From assembly GCA_040752415.1 (NCBI GenBank), contig JBFMGU010000031.1, positions 1-56,791 of the forward strand: a stretch of DNA of 56,791 bases. The letters are read 5' to 3'. The stretch is from Myxococcota bacterium (GTDB lineage: Bacteria > Myxococcota > JACRCW01). Below, piece after piece: positions 26,850 to 36,742 of this stretch; within the stretch, counting starts at the first letter, position 1; every line of letters begins with the position of its first letter. Made by a program: the position numbers and the translations under genes. A model generated the notes under the pieces. The model searched no databases. It worked only from the letters and a program-made list of their open reading frames with translations, and had not been told where the DNA came from.

Positions 26850-28957
26850 TCAGTTACTTGAGCTGAGGAAGAGTCGGCCATTCCGGGAATCATGAATGAA
26901 CATGTCCAATTGCCCTTCATGATCGAAGTCGCCGATCCACATACCTGTACCAAAACCCGGATTGCCCTGGAACTCACCCCAAAATGCCAACGAACCGGCG
27001 CTGGACCCAAGCCAGACGAGAACGGTGCCGCCCATGGACATGACGTCGGTGTTGCCGTCCTGATTGAGGTCCAACAAGACGAGTTCGCCGCCGGCCCCGG
27101 GAATGCGAGTATCCCAAACGCTGCCACCAGATCCAACTTCCCATCGGCATCGAGGTCGCCAGCTTCAACGGCGTAGCCACTGTTTCCGACCACGCCCGCC
27201 TCCGTGAACCCACCAGTTCCATCGCCCAGAAGCACTTTGATCCCAGAGCTCACACCCGCGAGGTCCGGTTTGCCATCACGGTTGAAGTCGCGAACAATCA
27301 CGCCCCCCATCGGATGAGGAAGCTCAATGGGCTCATCAAAGGTCCCGTCGTTGTTGCCGAGCAGCACCGAGATGGCTGTGCCGGTCCGGGTATCTGCCAC
27401 GATGTCCAGCGCGCCGTCTCGGTCAATATCCGCAACCGCGGGACTATCCGTGCCGTGGGTTAGTGGAAGGACGCTCGGCGCCGCAAAGGACGCGCCTCCC
27501 GTGCCAAGCAGCAGCAGGCATGAATCCGTCGTCCCAGCGAGAAGCACGTCCAGATGACCGTCTCGGTTGATGTCAGCGACTGCAATCCCGCTTCGGCCGA
27601 CGTCGACGTCGAGAGGAGACTGAGGATGCTCTTGGAAGCCACCGGTCCCGTCCCCCACCAACACCGAAAGGGTCCCCGGTGAGGCGGAGTTTGTCATCAG
27701 CACGTCCAGCTGCCCGTCGCGATTCATGTCCCCGAGCGCCGCGTCCCACGAACCACCGGGACCACTGGGGATGAAAGACGCGTCCCCGAACTGTCCTCGC
27801 CGAAGATCGACGTCAATCAGCGCGGACGCCGGCGTTCCTGGCTTGGCGTGGAGCTCCGGTGTGATTCGGATGGTCACATCCGCTAGTTCCCGGAACCCCA
27901 GGTCGGCCGTGGCATCCCAGACAAAGCGGTGGGGTGCTCCACCCGGAGCACGTTGTTTGATGCCCTCGGGTCCGGGGGCCATCGATGCGCGCGCGTAGTT
28001 TGTTCCGTCCGTGGAGTACTCGATTCGCACGTCCACGGGACGGTCATCCGCCTGAGTCAGCTCATACGTGACGCTGAAGCAGGACGCGGAGGTATCCACC
28101 GCCACATTGCTTGCAGTAGGTGGCTCCAGGACCAGCCACGTCCATGGTTGGTCGGCGACGACAGACGTCACGGCGTTCCCGGCAGCGAACCCGGTGGCGG
28201 AGGCCTGAACGCTGATCCGTCCCGGCGGCAGCGTGGGCAACGCGGCCACGGCGAAGAGGAAGACTTTGCTGCCCAGGGGCGGCAGGGGGCCTGTCTGGGG
28301 TGGGACCGTGAAATGCTGTCCGATGTACGCCCCCGCGCTGGAGAAGAACGTCGGCGATACGGAAACAAGGTCCACGGCATTCACGTCGTCGTTGTTGCGG
28401 ATCGTTACCGAGACATCCAAGTCCGCTTCTCCGGGGACGACGTCCCGCTGCGTCGAGAAGACCTTGACGATCTGAAGCGCCGGCGGAACAGAGGCATCGG
28501 GCTGTGCTGCGTCGGGAACACCGGCGTCATGCCCCGCGTCGCCGGGTGGCTGGCCAGCATCCGTCGTGCCAGCGGACGATGTGGCGCCTCCAGAACTCGA
28601 CGATGAACTGGGGGAGCCACCCGAACCGGTCGACGCGCTTGTGGTGGCAGCGGACGCTGACGAGCTCAGTTGGCTCGACGAGGAAGCGCCCGATGCGAGC
28701 CTACCCGACGACGAAGCGGACGAGACGCTGCCAGACGTCGACGCCGAGCTGGTTTGCAGGCCCCCCGATGATGCGGATGACGACGAGGTCAAGCTGGAAC
28801 CGCCCGCCGGCTCCTGTCCCTCGATGCAGACCTCCCGCGCCTCGTCGCACTACCACCCGTCCTGACAGTCCGCGTCCGTCTTGCACACCTCCGCGCGGAA
28901 GAGCTCGCAGGACGTCACGCCCAATACGCCCAGCAACAGGAACGCAGAACGACGCAT
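26850..28957 (-). pseudogene. FG-GAP/VCBS-repeat lipoprotein, disrupted
   Basis: MRRSAFLLLGVLGVTSC lipobox from 28957; in-frame TAG at 28852-28850 (CQDGW*CDEAREVC). The D.NRDG.LD repeats continue in a different frame after about 27095 (LDLNQDGNTDV, GDFDHEGQLD). Confidence 0.75.
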
Positions 28958-28960
28958 GGC

Positions 28961-31105
28961 TCACTCCCCGCCGACGGGCGCGAGCAGCAGCCCCACTCCT
29001 GCCGCGCCCAGGACCACCGCCACCACCAGCACCACCGCGCCCACTCCCAGGCCAACACCGCCCGACGCCATCAATCCCACCATCATGTTCACACGCTGCG
29101 TCAGATCCTGGCCCGTTTCACCCTCCGCCGGCGTCAGGCTTCCCGTGCTGGACCGGGGCGCGGTGGCGAACTGGTACACCCCTACGCCCCCAACCAAACC
29201 ACCCACCAATCCCACTGCCAGCGAAACCAGCAAGACCCCAACCGACGTGACCGCAAGCGCGCCGCCACCAATCTTCAACGGCGGAATCCCGCCGCCACGC
29301 TTCTTCTCCGCCGTCGCGGCCACGGGGGCGGCGGGGGGCGGCGCGGAGGCGTCCACCGTCTTCAGCACGAATGCGCCCTCGACCAGGTCCGCGCGCACCT
29401 TGGTGGTCCCCTGGAACTCCACCGGGATGTACAGCTCCCCCGCGCGCACGTTGGCGCCCGTCACGCGCACCACGTGCGTTCCCGGCAACAGGTCCGTCAT
29501 GGGCCGGTCCAGCGGCGCCTCCCCCACGTCCACCCCGTCGACCAGGATGCGCGCCCCCTTGACCGGACACTCCACGATCAGCGTCCCCACGTAGCGCTCC
29601 GGTGAAAGCATCCGGTAGCTCAGGGCCAGTGCCTGGATCTTCGCGTCGTCCTCGCTGCGGTTGGTGATCGCTTCGCTGATGCGCCGCTCCTCGCTCCCGG
29701 TGTCCATCCGGATGCTGCGCAAATCCACCCGCAACGTGATGCCTTCCCGACGGACCTTTCCAGCAATCAATGCATCCGCCGTGAATTGCCTACCCAATTG
29801 CGCCAGGCAGGTTGCATTGCCGTCGCATTTCCAGCCCGCGCCCGTGGCCTGCTCGGTGCCCAGGATGGTCTGGTCGCGCGAGATGACCGTGTGCTGCGGA
29901 ACCCGACCCAGCGCCTCCCGCAGCCGCGCCTCCACCGCCTCCACCTGGGACGGCGGAATGTCCCCGCCCTCCAGCGGCAACATCAGCACCGAGCGCGGTC
30001 GGGCGGTGGGCGGCGCGGGCAGCCCCGGCGTGATGCGCGTCAGCCGCGGGTCCATCTGCCCCTGACCGGCAAACCCCGCCAGCACGCGGATGGCCTGCGG
30101 GTCGCTGGTGCGCGCGGCGCCACGACGGATCACCGCCCGGCTGCCCGCGTCAAACACCACCACGCCCGCCCACGTCTCCCCCTCCTGCTTCCACTCCGTC
30201 ACGAACACCACCGACGTGGCCCCCAGCAACGTGGCCACCTTCTGCGCCACCGCCGGACCCACCTCCGTGTGCGGCACACGCAACGCGCCCGTGGAGGTCA
30301 GCAGCGACTCGAACGCCAGGTCCACCTCCAGCACCACCTCACGCTCACCCAGCTCCACCCGACGCTGCAGCGAGCGCAGCCCGTCGCGCTCCACCCAGAG
30401 CCGGTAGCTCCCCCGCGGCGCGGCCTCCGCCAGCTTCAGTGGCGTGGGCCCCAGCCGCCGGCCCTCCAGGAACACCACGGCGCCATTCGGCTCGCTGGTC
30501 ACCGCCAGCGCGCCCACGCCGGCCTTGGAGACCTCCGCCCGCGCCCCATCCATCAGCCGACGCATCCGGGGCGGGTACTCCGCCGCATCCAGGTTCAGCA
30601 GCGGGTTCACCCGCACCGCGTTCTGCAGGTGCACGCGCGCCTGCCGGCCCACCTCGGTCTCGCCCTTGCCGGTCTCCTTGTTCCCGGCAATGGCCAGCAG
30701 CACGTTGGCCGCGCGCAGTCGCGCCAGCTGCAGCGCGTCCACCTTCTCCTGCGTCAGCTCCGCGTCGGCCTCCAGGAGCTCCACGGCGCGCACAATCGCG
30801 TCGCGGCTTTGCTGCAGGTTGAACTCACGGAAGAGTTTCTCGCTCTCATCCATGAGCTGGCGGATGCGCGCCATGTCCTGCGTGCCGGCGGCGCCGGTGG
30901 GACCGAGCATGCGTTGGCGCGTCTCGTCGTCGGAGAGCACCACCTGCTGTTGCGCCTGCAGCTCGGTGCGCACCGCAGAGGCCACCGCCGTTGCGCTGGT
31001 GCCGGGCGGCTCCAGGGCCACCACCGCCACCCGCGCTGTCACACCGGACTCTCCCGCGCCCACAAGCGCGAGTGACATTCCCACAGCAACCCACAGAGCC
31101 ATCAC
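28961..31105 (-). CDS. PEGA domain protein (signal peptide, TPR-like helices, two PEGA domains, C-terminal membrane helices)
   Basis: VTSEPNGAVVFLEGRRLGPTP and CPVKGARILVDGVDVGEAP...PGTHVVRV; CDGNATCLAQLG motif; two C-terminal hydrophobic segments. Confidence 0.8.
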   Translation of the reverse strand: MMALWVAVGMSLALVGAGESGVTARVAVVALEPPGTSATAVASAVRTELQAQQQVVLSDDETRQRMLGPTGAAGTQDMARIRQLMDESEKLFREFNLQQSRDAIVRAVELLEADAELTQEKVDALQLARLRAANVLLAIAGNKETGKGETEVGRQARVHLQNAVRVNPLLNLDAAEYPPRMRRLMDGARAEVSKAGVGALAVTSEPNGAVVFLEGRRLGPTPLKLAEAAPRGSYRLWVERDGLRSLQRRVELGEREVVLEVDLAFESLLTSTGALRVPHTEVGPAVAQKVATLLGATSVVFVTEWKQEGETWAGVVVFDAGSRAVIRRGAARTSDPQAIRVLAGFAGQGQMDPRLTRITPGLPAPPTARPRSVLMLPLEGGDIPPSQVEAVEARLREALGRVPQHTVISRDQTILGTEQATGAGWKCDGNATCLAQLGRQFTADALIAGKVRREGITLRVDLRSIRMDTGSEERRISEAITNRSEDDAKIQALALSYRMLSPERYVGTLIVECPVKGARILVDGVDVGEAPLDRPMTDLLPGTHVVRVTGANVRAGELYIPVEFQGTTKVRADLVEGAFVLKTVDASAPPPAAPVAATAEKKRGGGIPPLKIGGGALAVTSVGVLLVSLAVGLVGGLVGGVGVYQFATAPRSSTGSLTPAEGETGQDLTQRVNMMVGLMASGGVGLGVGAVVLVVAVVLGAAGVGLLLAPVGGE

Positions 31106-31197
31106 TGGACCCCTCCGTCGGGATCCCAGCGGTTAGCCCAGGTGGGCGCCCTCCGGGAAGCGCGCGGAAGGACGACGTTGGTGGCTGGCGGGACCGG

Positions 31198-31246
31198 AAA
31201 AAGCGGAAAGCCCCGCCAGCACTTTCGCGCCGAGCGGGGCTTCCCG
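31198..31246 (-). terminator. Intrinsic terminator downstream of the Ala-rich gene
   Basis: Stem cggaaagccccgc / gcggggcttcccg with a U-rich tail on the minus strand (A run at 31198-31202). Confidence 0.7.
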
Positions 31247-31273
31247 GTGTTCCTAAGCGCTTAGCGCAGGGGA

Positions 31274-32062
31274 TCAGCCGTTGCGACGCACCACCGCGGT
31301 GTCGTTGCCGCGGGCGGTGTTCACGTTGTTGCCGGCCTCGATGACGGCCTGGCCAGCCTTCTGGAGCAGCGCGCCCGCGGTGTCCACGCCGCGCTCGGCC
31401 GCCATGAGGGCCTCCTTGGCCACCAGCACCGCGCCCTGCGCCGCCTTCAGCGCCGCCGCGTTGCCCGTGTGGACCGCCGCCTCGAGGGTCTTCTCGGCGG
31501 CCGCCAGCACGTGACCCGCCGCCTTGGCGACGTTCACGCCCGCGCCGGCGATGTGGGTCAGGCTGCTCAGCCACTGCTTGCCGGCGACGTCAAAGGCCTC
31601 GCCGGAGAGCTTGAACATCTGCTCGCTGAACAGCTCAGCGCGCGGATCACCGAGGATGGTGCGGGTGGTGATCTGCGGACCACCCAGGCCCGCCACCTCG
31701 CGAGCGCTGTTGCCGGCGCCCACCAGGCCCTTGCCCAGCCACTGGAGGGCCGCGCCCACCGCGTCGCTCACCACCTCGCCGACCGCGGAGACCGCGCCCA
31801 GCACCGCCGCGCCAATGCCCTTGCCGGTGTTGGCGGTGGCCTTGCCAGCCTCGAAGGTGGCCTCGGCAACGTTCACTGCAGCGCCCAGGGTCTCAACGCC
31901 AGCCTTGCCCGCGTGCTTGCCGGCAGCGGAGATGTCCTTCCCTGCCTCCTTGATCTCCGCGTTGGCCGCCTTGCCCAGGTCCTTGGCCGTCTCCGCCAGC
32001 TGACGATCACGCACGAAAGCCGGGGGAATGCCGCGGCCGCCGCCACCGATGGTGTTGCTCAT
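31274..32062 (-). CDS. Ala/Gly-rich helical hypothetical protein without signal peptide
   Basis: GGAGAG RBS, ATG 32062, strong codon bias; amphipathic A/G/K/E repeats around a central hydrophobic stretch. Confidence 0.75.
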   Translation of the reverse strand: MSNTIGGGGRGIPPAFVRDRQLAETAKDLGKAANAEIKEAGKDISAAGKHAGKAGVETLGAAVNVAEATFEAGKATANTGKGIGAAVLGAVSAVGEVVSDAVGAALQWLGKGLVGAGNSAREVAGLGGPQITTRTILGDPRAELFSEQMFKLSGEAFDVAGKQWLSSLTHIAGAGVNVAKAAGHVLAAAEKTLEAAVHTGNAAALKAAQGAVLVAKEALMAAERGVDTAGALLQKAGQAVIEAGNNVNTARGNDTAVVRRNG

Positions 32063-32144
32063 GTGTCTCTCCGAGTACCGGGACCGCTCCGTGAGGGCCC
32101 CGCCGTTGGATCCCGCCCACCCCCATGGTGAAGCGGGTTGCTGC

Positions 32145-32181
32145 AAAAAAGGGTCCCCGTTTATCGGCCGGGGACCCCTTT
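32145..32181 (-). terminator. Hairpin with U tract after the SCP2 gene; its loop region carries GCCGATAA
   Basis: gggtccccg / cggggaccc stem next to A6 (32145-32150), which reads as U6 on the minus strand. Confidence 0.65.
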
Positions 32182-32197
32182 AGTTGTGCCACAATTC

Positions 32198-32560
32198 TCA
32201 GCCGCTGATCAGGTGACCCAGCGTCACAATCAGCTCGGGATTGCCGCTGATGCGGATCCGACCCTCACGGGTGGCCATGCCCACATCCAGCTTGCCGCGG
32301 GTCATGGCGCTGAAATCCACGTCGCTCATCTCCAGGATCACGTCCGGGCGGTCCGCCGCGCCGCGACGCACCTCCGCCTTCTTGAGATCCACCGTCCAGT
32401 CACCACCGTCGTCGCCGGAGAGGCTGATCACGTAGACGGCGCCAATGGTCTTGGCCTGCTTCTCCGAAGCCTTGAGAGCCTTGGGAAGCGCCTGCTCCAG
32501 GACCTGCGCCGGGGTCACTTCAATCGGGCCGCTCTTGCTCTTCAGCTGTGCTTTGGACAT
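32198..32560 (-). CDS. SCP2 sterol/lipid-binding domain protein
   Basis: GDDGGDWTVDL, PDVILEMSDVDF..MTRGKLD...A...GRIRISGN. Confidence 0.85.
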   Translation of the reverse strand: MSKAQLKSKSGPIEVTPAQVLEQALPKALKASEKQAKTIGAVYVISLSGDDGGDWTVDLKKAEVRRGAADRPDVILEMSDVDFSAMTRGKLDVGMATREGRIRISGNPELIVTLGHLISG

Positions 32561-32628
32561 GGGTGGAAACCCCTCGGAATCGCGCCATCAGACCGGGCGC
32601 GAGGTACGTGGAAAAAGTGGCGCGAAAG

Positions 32629-34977
32629 CTAGGTGGATCCCACGCGCCGGGCAAATGAACGGCCGCGCGCGCCCCGCTGGCTCTTGACGCGACGCGTCAG
32701 CCACCCGACGAGCGCCAGGCCCAGCGTGGTGGAGGGATCCCCCAACGGATCCGAGCTGCCCGGACAGCCGCACCCGCCCAGGGGAGGAACCGGCAGGGAG
32801 GGCGGGGGGCGCCGGCCGTGGCGTTCCAGCAGGGCGAGGTAGAGGGCGGCCTCCGCGGCGGAGTTGGGGGCGCCAGCGCGCTGCTCCAGCCGGCCCGCGA
32901 GGCCAGGGGAGGTGGGGGGCACCGGCACGGAGGCCAGTCCCACGTGGCCAAACACGCTGGGGCCGGTGGCCACGAAGTCGTCCAGGAGGCTGCGGGCCTG
33001 CTCCTCCCGCCCCGGATCCCCGCGCGTGGCCACCAGCAGCTGCCACAGGACCAGGGGCAGCATCAGCTGGCCGGGGTCCTGGAGCTGCAGGACGGCGCGG
33101 GCGCGGCCGAGCGCCTCGTCGAGCAGTTGCAGGCGTTGGGTGGGGGATTCCTGCAGGAGTCCGCCCGAGCCAAGCGCCAGCGCCAGGGCGTGCAGCGGTA
33201 CCGGCTCGTCGTCTCCCCGGGTGAGCAGCTCGGTGAGCCCGCGCGCAATGTCGTCGGCGTAGGCCTGGGCCGCCTGCTGACGCTCCTCATCCCCCAGCGC
33301 GCCCATCAGCCACACCGACTGTCGCGCCCCCACCAGCGCCGCGGCGGCCTGCCACGCCGTCTGGGAGCGGGTGGGGCGGTACCACTCGTCGGCGGGGCAG
33401 GGAAGGTGCGCTTCCTCGTCGTGGCAGGCGAGCAGCGCGTCCAATGCCGCGGTGGCGGCGTCATCCAGCGCGCGCAGCGGCGCGGTGGGATTGGGCAGCT
33501 CCACCGTGGTCAACGCACGCTCCACCACCTGGCCATGCGCCCACAGCCCCAGGGCCAGCCCGTCGACGGGGAAGCCAATGGCGCTGCCCAGCTCCCCGTC
33601 GGCATAGAACCCGCCCGCCACCGAGCCCGGCGGCCCCACGCCGTCGTGGCTGCGACGTTGCCACTCTGCCCACAGGCGTCGATGCCGGAACGCCGCCTCC
33701 AGTCGTCCCGCGCGGCTCAGGGCCACGTCGACGAGCGCGGCGTCCGTGGGCCGGTCGATGCCCAGCGCCGGCTGCGTGGTGGCCGAGGCGACCACCGCGC
33801 CACTCCGCACGTCCGTCATGAGCTCCAGGCTGATGAGCGCGCGCAGCGCGGCGGTGCGGGCCGAAGGCTCGTCGGTGTCCGGGAGCGCCACCGAGTCCAG
33901 GATGGCCGCCGCGGCTCGCTCGGTGTCCTCGCGCAGGACCGGCGCGGGCACGCGTTGCGCGTCGGAGAGGATGGCGGTGGCGCGGGAGGGCGTGTTGGCC
34001 AGCGCCACGTAGAAGGTCACCTCGGAGGTCCCGCTCGTCGGGAGGGGGGCCAGCAGGGCCAGCGTGCCATCCCCCAGCGTCACGCCGTTGCCGTCGAGCG
34101 TGCCGTCGCGGAGATCGGCCAGCGCGTCGCGCGGGAGCACGTGGCCGGCGCCCTCGTCGGAAGCGCCCACCTGGAGCTCCGCGGGGCGGTCGCAGCCCAC
34201 CGCCAGCGCCACCGCGCTCAGCTCATCCAACACGCCCAGCAGCCGCGTCGCCGCGTCCGTGTCCGACGACGAGGGCAGGGCCAAGGGCAACGCGCGGCGG
34301 CGCGCCTCCTGACGCGTCCACGGCCAGGGCGTCAGCGCCACCAGCGCGTCGGCGCCGTCGTCGTGCAGGATGGCGAAGCCGTTGGGCTCCTCCGCGTCCG
34401 GGTTGTCGTCCAGGAAGTCCGCCACCGGCAGGCCCTCCCACTTGTGTGCCGAGGGCGCGGGGTGCGCGAAGAGGAACGCGGAAAGCCCGCGCAGCTCCCG
34501 TCGGGGAACGACCTCCAGACGCAGGATCAACACGTCGCGGTCCGCGAGCACCAGCGCCTCCTGCGTCAGCCGGATGGTCTCGTTCTCCGCCGTCCAGCGC
34601 GCCACGCGGCTGATGTCCGAGGCGTACCCCGCCGTGCGCACCGAGAACGACGCGTCGGAGAATGGCAGCAGCACGGGGCCGTTCCCCTCGTCGACGACGA
34701 CACCGAGGAACATCCCGTCGGTGATGGCCGCGCCCATGCGCGGGAGGTCGCGCGGGTGGACGTCATGCGTCTGGTGCGCGGTGACGTGGTGCAGGTGGTC
34801 GTAGAACGAGGGCGAGGGCCAGCGCAGCACCGCCACCTCCCCGTCGGGCGTCATGCCCACCGTGAGCTGGCCGTTGCCGAGCAGCGCGTCCATGCGCGAG
34901 GGACCGTCGAGCCGTTCGATGGCGTCGGGATCCTGCGACGCGACGAGGAGGGCGAGGATGCTGGCGAAGGCATTCAT
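32629..34977 (-). CDS. Exported GH15/glucoamylase-like protein, apparently degenerate, with a MYXO-CTERM-like tail
   Basis: LLGNGQLTVG...LRWP N-domain; D..SGAVVAS motif; C-terminal GGCGC, hydrophobic stretch, then RR. Confidence 0.6.
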   Translation of the reverse strand: MNAFASILALLVASQDPDAIERLDGPSRMDALLGNGQLTVGMTPDGEVAVLRWPSPSFYDHLHHVTAHQTHDVHPRDLPRMGAAITDGMFLGVVVDEGNGPVLLPFSDASFSVRTAGYASDISRVARWTAENETIRLTQEALVLADRDVLILRLEVVPRRELRGLSAFLFAHPAPSAHKWEGLPVADFLDDNPDAEEPNGFAILHDDGADALVALTPWPWTRQEARRRALPLALPSSSDTDAATRLLGVLDELSAVALAVGCDRPAELQVGASDEGAGHVLPRDALADLRDGTLDGNGVTLGDGTLALLAPLPTSGTSEVTFYVALANTPSRATAILSDAQRVPAPVLREDTERAAAAILDSVALPDTDEPSARTAALRALISLELMTDVRSGAVVASATTQPALGIDRPTDAALVDVALSRAGRLEAAFRHRRLWAEWQRRSHDGVGPPGSVAGGFYADGELGSAIGFPVDGLALGLWAHGQVVERALTTVELPNPTAPLRALDDAATAALDALLACHDEEAHLPCPADEWYRPTRSQTAWQAAAALVGARQSVWLMGALGDEERQQAAQAYADDIARGLTELLTRGDDEPVPLHALALALGSGGLLQESPTQRLQLLDEALGRARAVLQLQDPGQLMLPLVLWQLLVATRGDPGREEQARSLLDDFVATGPSVFGHVGLASVPVPPTSPGLAGRLEQRAGAPNSAAEAALYLALLERHGRRPPPSLPVPPLGGCGCPGSSDPLGDPSTTLGLALVGWLTRRVKSQRGARGRSFARRVGST

Positions 34978-35636
34978 CCAGCCTCCAGGACGCGCAGCGC
35001 CGCCTCCATCGCCTCGCCCATGGTGCCGTGCACGGGGAGGCCGCGTCCGCGGATGCCCGCGCCGTGGTCCATCCCGTGGCCCACCCCCACGAACGCGCAG
35101 CCGAACGCCGCCGCGGTGTCGACGTCGACCAGGCTGTCGCCCACCATCACGGTGCGGGAAGCGTGCGCGCCCACCGCGTCCGCGGCGCGACGCAACAGCG
35201 TGGGGTCCGGCTTGAAGGGCAGGCCCTCCGCGGCACCCTCCACCGACGCGAGCAGCGGCAACACCCCCAGTGACTCCAGCACCCTGACGCTGATGTGTCG
35301 CGGCTTGTTGGTGACCACCGCCGCCGCCACGCCGCGGGCGCGCAGGTCCTCCAGCAGCTCCCGCGCCCCGTCGAAGAGCGCGCTGTGTCCCGCCGGGTCC
35401 GCCTCGTAGCTGGCCTGGAAGATGCGCACCGCGCGGTCCAGCAGGTGCTGGTGCTCGCGCAGCAGGCCGGACATCAGCTCGCGCGCGCCGTGGCCCACGC
35501 AGCCGCGCACGGTGGGCTCATCCTGCTCGCGCAGACCCAGCTCGCGCAGCGCGTGGTTGGCGTGGAAGCAGATGTCGCCCACCGTGTCGACGAGCGTTCC
35601 GTCCAGGTCCAACGCGCACAGCCGCACCACGCTCAC
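34974..35636 (-). CDS. gph: HAD-family hydrolase, phosphoglycolate phosphatase-like
   Basis: DLDGTLVDT, VVTNKP, KPDP, MVGDSLVD; GTG start overlaps the upstream TGA. Confidence 0.8.
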   Translation of the reverse strand: MSVVRLCALDLDGTLVDTVGDICFHANHALRELGLREQDEPTVRGCVGHGARELMSGLLREHQHLLDRAVRIFQASYEADPAGHSALFDGARELLEDLRARGVAAAVVTNKPRHISVRVLESLGVLPLLASVEGAAEGLPFKPDPTLLRRAADAVGAHASRTVMVGDSLVDVDTAAAFGCAFVGVGHGMDHGAGIRGRGLPVHGTMGEAMEAALRVLEAG

Positions 35637-36520
35637 TCGCAGTCCGATCCCGCTCCCGTGCCGCAACGGCAGAACTGGGGACTGCCCCCGGCGCGAGTCA
35701 GCTGCGTGTACTGCCACAGCGTCTTGAAATCGCGCTGATTGTTGCTGAAGCCGCTCTCGTTCTTGGTGCGGGCCGGGTCCCAGGGGCCAATCGACTCGTT
35801 CACGAGGCACACGAACCCGAGGCGGTGGTACACGACGGAGATGAAGTGCAGTTGGGTGGGATCACCAGGCTCGAGGTAGCCCGCCGAGAACTTCCGCGCC
35901 GCCTTCTGCACCTGGATGAAGGGCTCCGCATCCAGCGTGCGGATATAGGTTTCGAAGGCCTGCGCAGCGGTGTCAAAGCGAGAGTCCACGTCGAAGAACG
36001 GGAAGCTCAACGGGTTGCCACCCTTCAGCATCACGTCGGTGGTGATGTACTGGTTCACCTCCGAATCCGAAGCCCCCGCCTCCGCCTCCCACGGCCCGAA
36101 GTCCGTCATCCACAGTTTGGAGAGGGTCTGGTAGGTGGTGGCGTCGGGACTCTTCTTCTCCGCGATCTGCCAGAAGTATTCCGCGGGCACGACCCACGCG
36201 TTGCTTCCGGGGTCGAGCTGCGGGCCGGGAGCCTCGACCTTGAACTCCATGGACCAGGTGCTGGAGTGCTCGGTGCAATTGGTGGAGAAGCTCTCATTGC
36301 AGTAGGTCACGCCCACCGTGCCGTAGCGCACCAGGTCGCCAGCCTTGAGCGGGAACTCCGGCGGCGGCGGACCGGCGTCCTGCTGCGCCACCGCGGCGTC
36401 GGGCGGGCCGGCGTCCGGGATCACGTTGAAGACCTCCCGCTCACAGACGCACGAGGACAACGCGGCCGCGCCGAGGGCGAGCGGCAGCAGGTGACGGGCG
36501 GGAAGACTTGCCAGCGACAT
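35633..36520 (-). CDS. Hypothetical lipoprotein
   Basis: Lipobox LSSC, DAG linker, typical codon bias, GGAG RBS. Confidence 0.7.
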   Translation of the reverse strand: MSLASLPARHLLPLALGAAALSSCVCEREVFNVIPDAGPPDAAVAQQDAGPPPPEFPLKAGDLVRYGTVGVTYCNESFSTNCTEHSSTWSMEFKVEAPGPQLDPGSNAWVVPAEYFWQIAEKKSPDATTYQTLSKLWMTDFGPWEAEAGASDSEVNQYITTDVMLKGGNPLSFPFFDVDSRFDTAAQAFETYIRTLDAEPFIQVQKAARKFSAGYLEPGDPTQLHFISVVYHRLGFVCLVNESIGPWDPARTKNESGFSNNQRDFKTLWQYTQLTRAGGSPQFCRCGTGAGSDCE

Positions 36521-36613
36521 GGTGACTCCACAGATGACGCATCAGACGCGAAAGGGACCCGAACCCTACCCGCGCCCCGGGGCCGGTTCAAAAACCTCCC
36601 GCGCACGGGCCCC

Positions 36614-36630
36614 TTGACGCGCTGTGTCAA
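36614..36630. promoter_or_regulatory. Inverted repeat TTGAC-N7-GTCAA in a divergent promoter region
   Basis: ttgacgcgctgtgtcaa between two divergently transcribed operons. Confidence 0.4.
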
Positions 36631-36742
36631 CGCTCCCGACCAGGGCAGCCGCGCTCTTCCCTGCCGAGGGCGCTGGATGGGAGGAGAGCGGCTCTGCCGG
36701 GTCGGGCCCAGAAGGGCTCGTTGAGGTCGCACGCAAGTGTGG

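Noticed and set aside
28850..28852. In-frame TAG as pyrrolysine or a recoded stop
   Set aside because: TAG ends other genes here (7641, 23631, 32629), no pyl genes are visible, and the same gene has a second lesion.
31253..31264. Perfect palindrome CTAAGCGCTTAG
   Set aside because: Single short occurrence between a stop codon and a terminator, with nothing else to support a function.
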